From: Sphyrna mokarran
Taxonomy: Eukaryota
Direction of reading: 5' to 3'
Length of the DNA: 64,000 bases
Assembly (NCBI GenBank): GCA_024679065.1
Contig: JAGIQG010000009.1
Coordinates: forward strand, 89,962,001-90,026,000
The number at the start of each line of letters is the position of its first letter. The stretch's first letter is position 1. Below are positions 11,401-23,059 of the stretch, piece after piece. Made by a program: the position numbers and the translations under genes. A model generated the notes under the pieces. That model worked only from the letters and a program-made list of their open reading frames with translations, made no database searches and had not been told where the DNA came from.

Positions 11401-12342
11401 ATACTGCCTGGTATGGAAGGTCTGAGTTACGAGGAGAGCTTAGGCAAATTGGGACTGTTTTCCTTAGAAAGACATAGACTTAGAGGAGATCTAATAGAGG
11501 TGTACAAGATTATGAGGGGTATAGATAGAGTAAACAGGGTTAAGCTTTTTCCTAGGATGGACTCAAATAGCGCGAGGGGTCACAGGCTTAGGGTGAGGGG
11601 GTAAGGTATAATTTGGATGCTAGAGGGAGTTTTTTCACACAGAGGGTAGTGGCGGTATGGAATGCGCTGCCAAATAAAGTGGTGGAGGCAGGCACTCTGC
11701 AGTTATTTAAGAAATATTTAGATGGGCACATGAACAGAATGGTAATGGAAGGGTATAGAAAACTGATTTAAAATAGGGATCATGAGCCTTGGGAATCCGT
11801 GGGAAGTGTGTAAATAGATGGTGATATTGATGTACTTGTTTTTATCCTACAGGTGCTTTGGTCCACCTTGTTGTCTAACGAGGGGCATACATGCGATGGG
11901 TCGTGAGAGGGCTGCTCTTGGATTTTTTTCGAGAGTATCCTTGTGCTTCACGTCGTTAGTGTACGCTTGACCCGGACCATTTGGTGGGCAACACGACAGC
12001 TCAGTGACTATCGCTGTGCTGTGCAGATACATGGATTTGGGCCCGTGTCTGTGGGAGTTTGAGCATTCTCCCCGTGCTTGCGTGGGTTTTCTCCGGGTGC
12101 TCCAGTTTCCTCCCACATCCCAAAGATGTGCTCTTAGGCTAATTGGCAAAACAAATTCTCCCTAAATTGCCTCAAATTTGGTTTTTAATCCATAGATCTA
12201 TAAACATGGACAGGGATCGCGGGTAGAGGTGGGAACATCAGGGTGGCGGCATGGGCTTGTTGGGCCGAAGGGCCTGTTTCCTGTGCTGTTTTTGTTCTTT
12301 GTTCTTTTCTTCTTTTGTCGTGTCTGCCCACTCGCACTAACA
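8421..12342 (+). repeat. 3' LTR (~620 bp: 8421-~9003 + ~12308-12342), interrupted by a LINE in U5
   Basis: Preceded by purine-rich gacaggcgggaac; TATA-like tatataa at ~8820; aataaa at ~8959; TGTTA...TAACA termini. Confidence 0.85.
9004..12307 (+). mobile_element. CR1-type LINE (subfamily B), near-complete ORF2 and ~700-nt 3'UTR
   Basis: ORFs 9043-10449 (APE) and 10483-11604 (RT) are in one frame split by a stop; ttgttct tail. Confidence 0.96.
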
Positions 12343-12950
12343 CACCTTATCAAATGCTTTGCTGAAATCCATATATACTACATTTACTTCCTTCATTAAT
12401 GTGTTTAGTAATATTTTCAAAAAATTTGATCAGGCTCATCAGGCATGATCTGCCTTTGACAAAGCCATGCTGACTATTCTTAATCACATTATAACTCTTC
12501 AAATGTTCATAAATCCTCTCAGGATCTTCTCCATCAAATTACCAACCACTAAGATTAGACCCACTGATCTATAATTTCCTGGGCTATCTCTACTCTCTTT
12601 TTTGAATAAAGGCACCATACCCGCAATCCCCCAATCCTCCAGAACCTCTCCTGTCTCCATTGATGATGCAAAGATCATCACCAGAGGCTCTGCAATCTCC
12701 TCCCTCACCTCCACAGTAACCTGGGGTACATCCCATCCAATCCTGGCGATTCATCTAATTTGATGCTTTTCAAAAGCTCCAACACATCCTCTTTCTTAAT
12801 ATCTACATGCTCAAGCTTTTCAGTCCACTGCAATTCTGCACAACAAGCATCAAGATCCTTTTCCACGGTGAATACCGAAGTAATCATTAAGTACCTTTGC
12901 TATTTCTTCCAGTTCCATACAAACATTCCCACCACCACACTTGATAGGTC
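12343..12950 (-). mobile_element. Continuation of the host CR1 LINE
   Basis: PGNYRSVGL and IAEPL ORF pieces; joins 1791. Confidence 0.88.
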
Positions 12951-14149
12951 CTGTAGGTCCTTGATAAATCCTGCACTTTAGTCTTCTGTCTAACTCTCTA
13001 TATTCACACTTCAGGGCCTTTAAACATATAATATTTCCCATCTTGAGACTGTGTGCATAATGACCTACAGAAGTGACCCATCTCAGGAGAACTTTGACTA
13101 CCTTCTATTTATTGTTTTTTTCCCATTTACAAGCTGCACATACTTCCCCTGACAATGACCATCCTCTCAGTAGCCAGTTCTGTGCCAGGCACCTCCCTCA
13201 CACTACCGAGTGTGAGCTTATGATCACACCAAGCTGCAGTGGGAGCATGATATGTATGACATGCATTGCCATGGAGTATGGCTCATGAAGCCACAGGACT
13301 GCCTTTAATCTCTCACTCTGACCTCTTGGCCTCAGTCCAAGAACTTTGACTGTCTGTCCCTCAACTCCATGGTTACTTCAGAGTGCAATGACACCATTTC
13401 CCTCTATGCAGTTCTTCCCTTTTGTATTACACTGATGCTCCTTCCTGTCCATATTCATCCCCTGCCATTATCACAAATTGAATACTATTAACCCCCCTGT
13501 ATCTATGTTCTATTTTTACACACCAGGCTCCAGCTTCCCCAATTTTTAATCTTTCCTCTGATGCATTCCCAGCACCCCATAACCCACCCATACCTGCACC
13601 CCTCACACTCATGTCTCTGTCATTTCCCCATCCCCTCACTAGTCCCCATGCTGTTCTCTGTTTCAGAGTTTGGCCCTGCCTGAGACCTGCAGCACACACT
13701 GATTGTTGTCCTCTTAGAGAAGCACCATAAGCAGCCCAGCTTTATTCTGTTCCCATCATATACAGTCCATCTAAACATCTGAGTCACCCATGGTGAACAG
13801 CCCAACCAGACAATCCCACCAGAGTGGCTGCAGCCTGGCACTGCTGACAAGTCAAAGCAGTGTTGTTGAAGGTAGATTTTGAAAGTTATGATGTTCTTGA
13901 AGTTAAGAAGAGTTAAGAGAGCAGAGGGATCCTCCCTCTGCAATTGGATTGAACTTCCTAACTCACAGACCACAATCAGTAAGGATCGGCAACAATACCT
14001 CCTCACACTGGTGACCCACAAGGCTGTGGTCTCAGCCCCCTACTATTCTCCTTATACACTTATAACTGTGTGGCCAAATTCACATCCAATTCCAATTTCA
14101 AGTTTTCGTGAATCGGATCTCAAACAATGACAAGACACAGTATAGGAAT

Positions 14150-14993
14150 GAGATGGGGGGATGGTGGCGGGGGGGGCGGGGGGGGGAACGTTTCCATCTC
14201 ACGATGTTAAAATTGGCTGGGAGGCAGGGCTAGCATTTTACATACTATTTAAATGTTATTATTAGTATACCAGCATCTCCCACTCCACCAGGAATGTTTC
14301 ACTCAGCCGGGGTCAGACTAGCTCTGGGGAACTAGCGAAATGACCTGCTGGAGTGAAGAGGTTCACTCTATTAGGCACTGCCTACTGGGTATGGGGCAGT
14401 GCTAAGAGAACGGGGCTGATTCAGGGGCTGATTCAGGGAGTTTAGGGGCAATGGGTGGGTCCGCTGCCACACTGCATCGGGAATTGGTTGAGGCTGGAGG
14501 GAGGCCAGCATCCAGGTGGGTCAGCCAGGGGCTCTGCCAGATTTTGGGAGCGGGGGGTGGGGTGGAGATCTGCTGGGGGGTGGGAGGTGGTATTTGGGTG
14601 TCTGCTGGGGATTCCTGCTGAGAGAAGGAGGTGTTCTGCTTGTGGGGAACTGGGGAGAGGTGGAGGTGGAGATTGGAGCGTGCTAGACTGGAATGAGGGT
14701 TTGGGGTTGGCCTGCAAATGGATGGGTGACCATGATTGGACCATGAAAGGGCAGGGGGACAGCAGAGTGGGGTCCAAGGCTGGCCATCGATCGAAGGACT
14801 GACAAATCAGGGCCACTTTGCATATGCAGCGGTCTGCTGATTTCAGCCTCTCCAGCATAACATTCAGGCTGGTGGCCTTTGCAGTGTACAGAGTATGGGA
14901 TATTCTAGTGTGAACTCCCACTAGAAAAACCAACATGAAATACTCCATTTTTCCTGCGATTTTTTTGGGATATTCCACCCCAGAGAATCTGGT
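14150..14993. mobile_element. Probable non-autonomous PIF/Harbinger-type element
   Basis: GC-rich insert within Rex1 ending gagaatctgg, like the TIR at 32041; left end unclear. Confidence 0.4.
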
Positions 14994-15119
14994 GAACTGG
15001 TGTGACAAGTCAAGATTCTTCCCTCCTGACATCTGACTTTTGAATGGACCTAGTTCGTAATAAGTTGATCTTTCTCGACACCTCAGCTATGACTGTAACA
15101 TTACATTCCGCACTACTTG

Positions 15120-16660
15120 GAAGGCATGAATAATGTGTCAGAATTCCTGAGAGAAATATGTTTTAGTGAGGAAATCAGCATTTGTAGAGAAATGGTTTGG
15201 GAAAAATTGATGGATTGAAGGTAGATAAATCTCTAGGTCCTGACTATCTTCATCCCACAGTACTTAAGGGTGTGGTCCTGGCAATAGTAGATCCATTGGT
15301 GATTACTTTCCAAAATTCTTTGGACTCTGGAATAGTTCCTACAGGTTGGATGATAGCTAATGTAAACCCACCAGGAACTGTACTGGGGAAATTGCTAGAG
15401 TTCATTATCAAGGATTTCATAACTCAGCATTTGGAAGGCAGAGGTATAATCAGACAAAAACATGTGAATTACACAAGTAAAAACATACTTGATGAATTTG
15501 TTGGAATTTTTTGAGGATGTAACCAGTAGAGTTCACTGAAGAAGATCAGTGGGTGTGGGTTTTTTTTAGACTTTCAGAAGACTTTTGGCAAGGTCTCATA
15601 TAACAGACTACCATGTAAAGTTAAAGCACATGGCATGCAAGTTATGTCGTTAGATAGATAGAAAGCTGGTTCGCAAATAGAAAGCAAAGAATTGGCATAA
15701 ATGGGTCTTTTCCTGATTGGTAGTCAGTGACTATTGGGGTTCCACATGGATCTGTGCTAGAACTCCAATTGTTTACATTATATATTAATGATTTGGAAGA
15801 AGGAAATAAAAGTATTATCTTCAAATTTGCAGATGATACAAGGCTGGTTGTGAGGAGGATGTAGAGTTGCTTCAGTGTGATTTGGACAGGCTGAGTGTGT
15901 GGGTATATGAATGGCAGTTGCAATATAATGCGAATAAATATGAGGATATCCACATTGGTAGCAATAATAGGAAGACAGATTATTACTTGAATGGGTGTAA
16001 ATTGAGAGAGATGGAAACTCATTGACACCTTGAGTCCTTGAGGCTCAAAGTAAGCGCACAGGTACAGAAGGCACTAAAGAACACAAATGATACATTGACC
16101 TTCATAGCAAAAGGAATTGAATACAGGGATAGGGATGTTTTGCTGCAATTATATAGGACAATGCAAATGCCACACATTGGAGTACAGCAGGCTGATTCCT
16201 GGGATGGCAGTCTGTTATATTAGGAGACACTAAGTCAGTTAGGAGTATATTCACTGGAGTTTAGAAGGTGGGAGAGGATCTCATTGAAACTTAAAAATTC
16301 TAACAGGGTTAGATAGGGTAGATTCAGAAAGAATGTTTATGATGATGGAGAAGTCCAGAACTTGGGTCATACTTTGAGGGTAAGGAGTAAACCTTTTAAA
16401 ACTGGGATGAGGAGAAATTTCTTCACCCAGCTGGTGGTGAATGTATGGAATTCAATACTGCAGAATGTAGTTGACACCAAAACGTTGTCTAATTTCAAGG
16501 GGAATTTAGTTATAGCATTTGCGGCTAAAGGGATCAAGGGATATGGGAGGAAGCGGGGATCAGGATATTGAATTTGATGATCAGCCATGATCAAGATGAA
16601 TGGCGGTGCAGATTCACTGGGCCTAATGGCCTACTCCTGATTCTAGTTTCTATGTTTATG
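15120..16660 (+). mobile_element. Old CR1 LINE 3' half
   Basis: DKSLGPD, KFADDT and RNFFTQ relics; tttctatg tail. Confidence 0.88.
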
Positions 16661-18400
16661 TTTACACACTCTCTCCTTTCCTTCTCTACGAATGGTATGC
16701 CTTATCTGTATAGTGTGCCAGAAATAATACTTTTCACTGTATACTAACACATGTGACAATAATAAATCAAATCAAAGAGTTAAGCTGGGTAATGTGACAC
16801 TCATGTTGTGATTCAGATCAGTCTAAATCCTCGCTGCTGTGGGAGGGGAATATAATTTTGGTGATTGCATTTTTAACAAATATGCATAACATGTTAATGC
16901 ATGCAAATAAAATTCCTGACATGAATCAGCAGTAAATCTATCTCACCATCAGCCCAGCATGAAATTGTGAGGGGAAAGTTCTCGTTCATTTACTGCCAGC
17001 AGGGTGAGGGAGGGAGGGCAGGGGTGAATTCGACTATTCCCTCTCTAAATTTTCTGCTCCCACCCACCACAAATCCTACTGGACTGGACTGGAAAATCCT
17101 TCCCTTTGTATGTTATGGTGTTCAAAGAGTTTAAGGAAGAAAGGACAAAGGTACCAACCAGATTTTGGAAAATGGGAATAGAACAGACACAGCATGAAGA
17201 CTGGCACAGATACAATGGGCAGAAGGGCCATTTTCTGTGCTTCAAAATTCTATTATTTTGTGTTTGTATTTGCTGTGAGCACAAACAGCAATGTGGGGAC
17301 AAAATCTCATGAGAATTGGAAAATGAGATTCTCACCAGCAAGAACTTAGTTTTCTGATTTTTCATACCCCTCATCACTATCAATTATGGGCTGATTCCTC
17401 ATTTCAATATGTTTTAATAAATTAGAATATAATTAAAAGATCTCTCTGTCCTATGCCCCCCCCCACCCTCGCCATCCCCATATCCACATTTAGCATTCTT
17501 CCCACTGGCAAGGTTTATAACAGATATTTTAAAATGTGAATCAGTCGAAGGGATTCCACTAGGAGTGGAAAGGTAACTATAGCACCAGTGGTGGGATTTC
17601 TCATATTAGCCGACTCAGAGCATCTGCATCAGTGACTCAGCCTCTTAGACAGTATTCCAATTAATAATTATAGGCAAGTAATCAAGCCCGTCACTGGATT
17701 TGGGCTGATACTATGGGCAGCACTGCCTTGTGCTCCTTGGAACTCCCAGTAGCGGCTGTGATAATGATGGATTCCTGCTCATAGTGGTACTGGTGGAATT
17801 TTTTTTTACACCAAATATCAGCACCAACCTACCTTTTTCGATATGGGTATATTTACTTTCCACCGATAGCTAAGGTCCTGGAAATTACGCAATTGGATGT
17901 TCCTTGCCACAACTGATAATAGCAAGCATCCTGTGTATGCCTTCTTCACTGCCCTATTCACCTGCTCTGCCACCTTCAGGGATCTGTTGTGACATTAGTG
18001 TATCTTAAAGAAAAGTTTTTAAAATCACATTCTCTGCAGCTATCACAGCTTCAGTTTTTTCTCATTGTTAGCAGGCTTTTATTACTGCTTCAATGGTTTA
18101 AAAGGAGTTTTGTTCATTTTTACCCTGGGGCCTCAGGTACTTTCTGGGATTTGTTTTATGACTCTGCATTGTGAGAGGGAAGATTGATTGACAAGTCAGA
18201 GTGAGGTGGTTCCTCCCCAGAAGAATTCAGGGCCTTGTTTAATTTAGAAGGGGGTGGACATCAAGCTGTAAAGAATTGTTTTTCTCTCTCTCCCCCTGGT
18301 TTTGGAATAACTGCTGTTGACTGGAAGCAAGTTCCTGGCCTTCCTGCTCGGCTTGCCTAGAGTGTGTCTCTCCCTGATGTTCTGTTCTGACTTTAAGCTG

Positions 18401-18731
18401 GGAGGGTGGGGGGGAGGAGAGGGGGGGGGGGGAGGGGGAGAGGAGGGGGAAGGGGAGGAGAGAAGGGGAGGGGAGGAGGGGAGAGGGGGAGGAGAGAGGA
18501 GGAGGGGGGAGGAGGGGGGGGAGGAGGGGGGGGGAGGCAGGGGAGGAGGTGGGGGGAGGAGGTGGGGAGGGGAGAGGAGGGGCTAGGGATGGAGGGAGGG
18601 GAGGAGGGGGGGAAGGGGGAGGGGGAGGGGAGGAGGAGGAGGAGGGGGGGGGGGGGGGTGAGGAGGGGGGGTGGGAGGAGGGGGGTAGTGGGAGGAGGGG
18701 GAGGAAGGGAGGAGGGAGGGGGAATTTGGGG
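18401..18731 (+). repeat. Polypurine G/A low-complexity tract
   Basis: About 330 nt almost entirely G and A, with many G runs. Confidence 0.95.
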
Positions 18732-18949
18732 GTCTGTGCTGCCTTTCTGCTGGTGGCAGGGGTGAAATTGCGGGTTGTTTGTTGCCTGTCTGGTGGGATG
18801 GTGGGGGGAGAAAACTGAGGAGTGTGTATGGCTTGTCTTGTCTGGGTATTGTGAGGGGAACAGAGTTCTCTAACTTTTCCATCTTTCACTCCCCTTGTCA
18901 CAGCACCACTCCCCTCCACCTCCGCGTCCCACCATCACCCACCAGACTG

Positions 18950-19800
18950 ACGATGGCTTATGCGATGCAACACATTGATCTTTCTGTTCTTTTGGTTGTT
19001 GCTTAGCTGAGGAGGAGGAACAGGAGGATGAATTGTAGGCAGAGGATGCCCAGGGCTTACATTCATAGAGGGAGACGGTCACTAGAGGCAGGATGTGGCT
19101 GTCATTTGCCACAAGTATGGGCAGGAGAAAGAGGGAAAAGAGACCCTGACAGTTCTGCCCACAAGTGTCTTTTGAACAGCTATCAATCATCACGTGTCAC
19201 TGATGGCTGCAGCTCAAAAAGGAGAGTATGTCATTTGTTGCAGGACCTGGCATCTCAGGGCATCAGTGGGCACCCACTCCTGGTGGCTGTGAAAGTGACG
19301 GCTAACTTAAACTTTCACATCACCGAATCTTTCCAGATCATCAGTGGAGATCCTTGTGGCATTTCCCAACTATCCGACCGCACTGGTATTATATTTGATC
19401 TGTGCCAGGCCCAGTAGGAAGTGTGGGTTGCAGGACTGGGTTTGCCACCATGAGGATGCCAATATGCTAGGGGCTATGGACTGCACCTATGTTACCCTCA
19501 ACACCCTAGAGAAAAATCCTGGAAGAGTCATGAACAGAAAGGACTTCCATTCCATCAATGTGTAGCTGGTGCGTGACCATCAGCTATAATCCTGCATGTC
19601 TGCACCAGATACTCCATGTGCATATTAAGGAGCTCAGATGTCCCAGAGGTTTTTCAGGAGGACTCCAGAATGCAGGAATGGCTGGTGGGAGACATGGAGT
19701 ACCTGGGGGATCATCTACATTCTCACCTCTGAATTTGGGGCCACTTGTCAATGGCAGCAGCAAGTGGCCTCTGTGACTGGGCCATGCTCTGTCACACCTC
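18950..19800 (+). pseudogene. PIF/Harbinger transposase (HARBI1-like DDE) remnant
   Basis: HPLLVAVKVTANLNF..ESFQ..GD.CGISQ and GAMDCTYV...NRKDFHSINV*LV match the Harbinger GAIDCTH / NRKGFHSINVQ motifs. Confidence 0.85.
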
Positions 19801-19844
19801 AGCCATGACCCTCTGTGACTGGGCCATGGTCTCAAAGGCTGTAG

Positions 19845-20075
19845 GAGGTCTCACAAAACCAGATTAAAGTCCAACAGGTTTATTTGGTAGAAAAAGCCAC
19901 TAGCTTTTGAAGCGCTACTCCTTCATCAGGTGAATGGAATTTCAATTCACACACAGGGCATATAAAGACAAACTCGATTTATAAAATAATGGTTGGAATG
20001 CAAGTCTTAAAGATACAGATAATGTGAATGGAGAGATGATTAAGCATAGGTTAAAGATGTGTGTATTGTCTCAAA
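19845..20075 (-). mobile_element. Penelope-like terminal repeat fragment with relic hammerhead motif
   Basis: Homologous to 50378-50630 and 53000-53270. Confidence 0.8.
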
Positions 20076-20339
20076 GACTATAGCCAGAGCCTGTTGTGTC
20101 GCACTGTCCCGTTGGGTTTCCTGCAATTTCTGAACCTCTTAACAATTGGCTGCAGCACCTTGAGAAGCTTGTCGAGTCCCTCTGTTATACTTGCTGTGAC
20201 TCAGCTGTGGCCTGCTGTGATTCAGCCATCACTTAGAGGCTGCTACTCACGCTGAGGATCCCCTGCCCCAGGCTTTTCAGTGTAGATGTCATCCTTTAAG
20301 TGTAGGACTGAGAATGATAGACATCAGGAGTAACTTGTT

Positions 20340-21640
20340 TACCTGAAAGCTTTGGGACTGCTTCTAATAGTCTCGCAGTCGATCCAACATTGTTATTAGC
20401 TCCTCCTGTATTTCCTGGCTCTGTTGCTGCATCTCCAGCAGCTGAGGGAAAAGTGATCTCAGAGATTCAGCTTGTAGCCTGGGGCCAGCTGTATCCTCAC
20501 CTCCAGCAGGTCCCCATGTGCCAGAGGCCTCAAACATTCCTTCCTCTACCAGATACCTCACCACTTGACCCACTGATGTGAGAGTCTCTGGGATGATGAA
20601 CTACGAAGTGGAAGCTGACATAAGACTGTTTCTGGCCCTGGAAGTCTGCTTCCTCTAAGGATTGTTTGGAGTTGTCATAGAGAAGATGAGAGGGGGGGAA
20701 ATGGGTGGGGATGCGAGATTTGTCCGATACTTGAAGGATAAGTGTAAGGAAGGGAGAGGAGTCTGAGCTGTGTGCATGGTGTAGATCACCTTCTCTCCCA
20801 CAATCTCCAGTGTCCTCTCTTCAAAGGGAGCGAGGATGTGGATTTTGGGGATACCAACCCCCTGTCTTCATCCTCTCCTGGTAATTATGGGCATCTTCCC
20901 CTGTGGGGACAAAAGAAGCCATATAAATTCTGAGTCCTGCAGGGTTTCAGGGAATGACCCTCAGAGGGCAAGGGTTGTGAGCAGTTTGGGATGGGGAGAC
21001 ATGTTGAAGGGAGGTGCTTGGGGGGAGGTCAGAGGCTGGAAGAATGCAGGATGCTGGAAGTGAGAAGATCTGGGATTCATTTAGGGGGAGCAGGCTAGAT
21101 GAGGTTAAGCACTCACTCATGCTGCCCGGATTAGAACATAGAACATAGAACACTCCAGCACAGAACAGGCCCTTCGGCCTTCGATGTTGCGCCGACCAAT
21201 ATAAAAAGCAATGCCCCTCCAAACTAAACCATTCCCTTCTCTTCCATATACTTATCAACTAACCTCTTAAACGTCACCAAACTTGGCGCATCTACAACTG
21301 CTGCAGGCAGGGCATTCCACTCCCGAACCACCCTTTGGGTAAAGAACCTACCTCTGATATCCATCCTATAACTATCACCCCTTAATTTAAAGCTGTGTCC
21401 CCTCGTGCTAGCAAAGGATTAGGTCACTCAGTTTCTTCCAGCATTGTTTTCCAGTCCTCCTTGCAATTTCTCCAACACTAACACACACTACCACCATCTG
21501 CCAGGCTGCATGGCCATCCCTTCCTCTGGGGTGGCATCCTGCTGGGCTGGTGGTGGTGGTGGGGCAGAAGAGGGTTTCCCGCCTAGCCTCCAATGATTTC
21601 AGCATTCAGCCAAGGTCTCCACCTGAGAAATACAGTAGTG
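20340..21640 (-). pseudogene. Harbinger Myb/SANT-like DNA-binding protein remnant, convergent with the transposase
   Basis: LEARRETLF...AW..V...VS....RRTGKQCWKKLSDLI. With the LINE at 21131-21411 removed it continues RAA to a gtgagt donor; a coiled-coil-like piece lies at 20364-20573. Confidence 0.78.
21131..21411 (-). mobile_element. 5'-truncated CR1 subfamily A (3' end only)
   Basis: Near-identical to 4004-4284; ggattag duplicated at both flanks. Confidence 0.95.
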
Positions 21641-22129
21641 TCGTTACTGTAGAACTCCACCAACACCAAGTGTTGAATAACACTTTGAGAAGAAGCATAC
21701 AACTATGTAATCTTAGATTTTCACAATTCTTTAAAAGCTGAAATGACTTTTAAAAACGTTAACCATGAATTTGAAATCCACTCTTCCAGATCAATTAGAA
21801 CTAATCAAAGGCCCAGATCAATCACAAAACTCTGGTGAAAGAGATTCCTTACATACATGATTGCTTCCAGTCAGCTACCAAACAAATCCCATAAACAAAA
21901 TCCTCGCCACATTTATGGTCCCAGAATTTATATTTTTTCAACAATGGCTGCCTGGATCTACGAGTTAGGTTCGTGGTTTGGCACGTGATGCTAATGTCTA
22001 GGCACACTGAGGGATTGTGCAAATAATATTAAAAATCAATCATATATATGCACTTGCAAAAAGAAGCAGAAATAGGCTATTCAGCTCCTCAAGACTGTGC
22101 CACCATTTGATAAGAGTATGGTTGATCTG

Positions 22130-22389
22130 GTTTCTTTTTACAACTTTGTACAAAGTTTTAATGAAATCTGTGATATGAGAAACATTTTCATGCACTAACA
22201 TTGTTCATGTAGCACAAGAACAAGTGGTGTTAGATTTCTAACAAATTGGTCTATCTTAAAAATTATTTTAAAAAAGATCATCAATTCTAAGACATAATTG
22301 TATCAAGAATAAATCAATGCTCCTTGTGTTCAGAAATTAGTTTCAGTTTCCAGCAACTTCATAAGGAGTGATGAGAGCACACAATGTAA
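22130..22389 (-). repeat. Diverged duplicate of the distal 3'UTR (24213-24480)
   Basis: Colinear shared blocks such as ttttaatgaaatctgtg, gagaaacattttcatgcactaac, aattctaagacataattgtat and ttcagaaattagtttcagtttcc; keeps ATTAAA. Confidence 0.9.
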
Positions 22390-22451
22390 ATTCCTGCCAA
22401 ATCCCTTTCCTAAAGCTGACTTGAATGTGGAGACATCCGGTCCCAGCCACG

Positions 22452-22855
22452 AAGTCATAGAAGTTTACAACATGGAAACAGGCCCTTCAGCCCAATCTGT
22501 CCACATCACCCATTTTTTTAAACCCCTAAACCAATCCCACATTTGGCTCATACCCCTTTATAACCATCGTACCCATGCAGCTATCTAATACTTTAAAAAA
22601 GACAAAATTGTACCCGCTTCTACTACTACTTCTGGTAGCTTGTTCCTGACACTCACCCACCCTCTGTGCGAAAATATTGCCCCTCTGAACACTTCTGTAT
22701 TTCTCACTTCTATACCCTCTAGTTTTACACTCCCCGACCTTTGGGAAAAGATTTTGACTATCCAGTTGATCTATGCCCCTCATTATTTTATCGGCCTCTA
22801 TAAGATCACTCTTCAGCCTTCTATGCTCCAGAGAAAAAAGTCCCAGTCTATCCCA
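22452..22855 (-). mobile_element. CR1 LINE 3' fragment
   Basis: ORF piece LGLFSLEHRRLKSDLIE; HER1-like tail. Confidence 0.85.
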
Positions 22856-23059
22856 GCCAATGATCTTCATTTCACTTTCGTCTGGTTTTGGGACTTGCAT
22901 GCAAGGTCTGTGAGTTAAAAACTTTTGAGCTTCATGGTGTTGAGGTTAGTAAGCAAGAACTCGGGCAGTGGATCTGGTCTTACCCCCTCCCCACCAGCTA
23001 GATTCCCATTCCGAGTTAACGCTGGGACTCCATTATTATCCACCTTTGTGTCCTCCTGA

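Larger units (their letters stand above)
1792..12342 (+). mobile_element. Decayed endogenous retrovirus-like provirus (LTR-gag-pol-orf-env-LTR) with internal deletions and two LINE insertions
   Basis: Starts TGTTA (1792) and ends TAACA (12342), with a degenerate 4-bp TSD gatc/cacc; the host LINE is continuous across it. LTR homology between 1792-1958 and 8421-8600. Confidence 0.88.
13950..16776 (+). mobile_element. Fragmented Rex1/Babar LINE (13950-14150, 15035-15115, 16665-16776) hosting a MITE and an old CR1
   Basis: Pieces match the Rex1 copies at 33918-34870 and 61762-62704, including the gacaataataaatcaaatcaaa tail. Confidence 0.7.

Noticed and set aside
11880-11980. HCV-type IRES or known ncRNA in the LINE 3'UTR
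   Set aside because: Only a short gggtcg.ga.agg resemblance; other domains not found, and it lies downstream of the ORF.
12950-13950. Possible host exons (acceptor-like tgttctctgtttcag at ~13665)
   Set aside because: No recognisable protein or paired donor; probably decayed transposon sequence.
18239-18919. Proline-rich and Gly/Arg-rich ORFs
   Set aside because: Translation artefacts of the G/A low-complexity tract.
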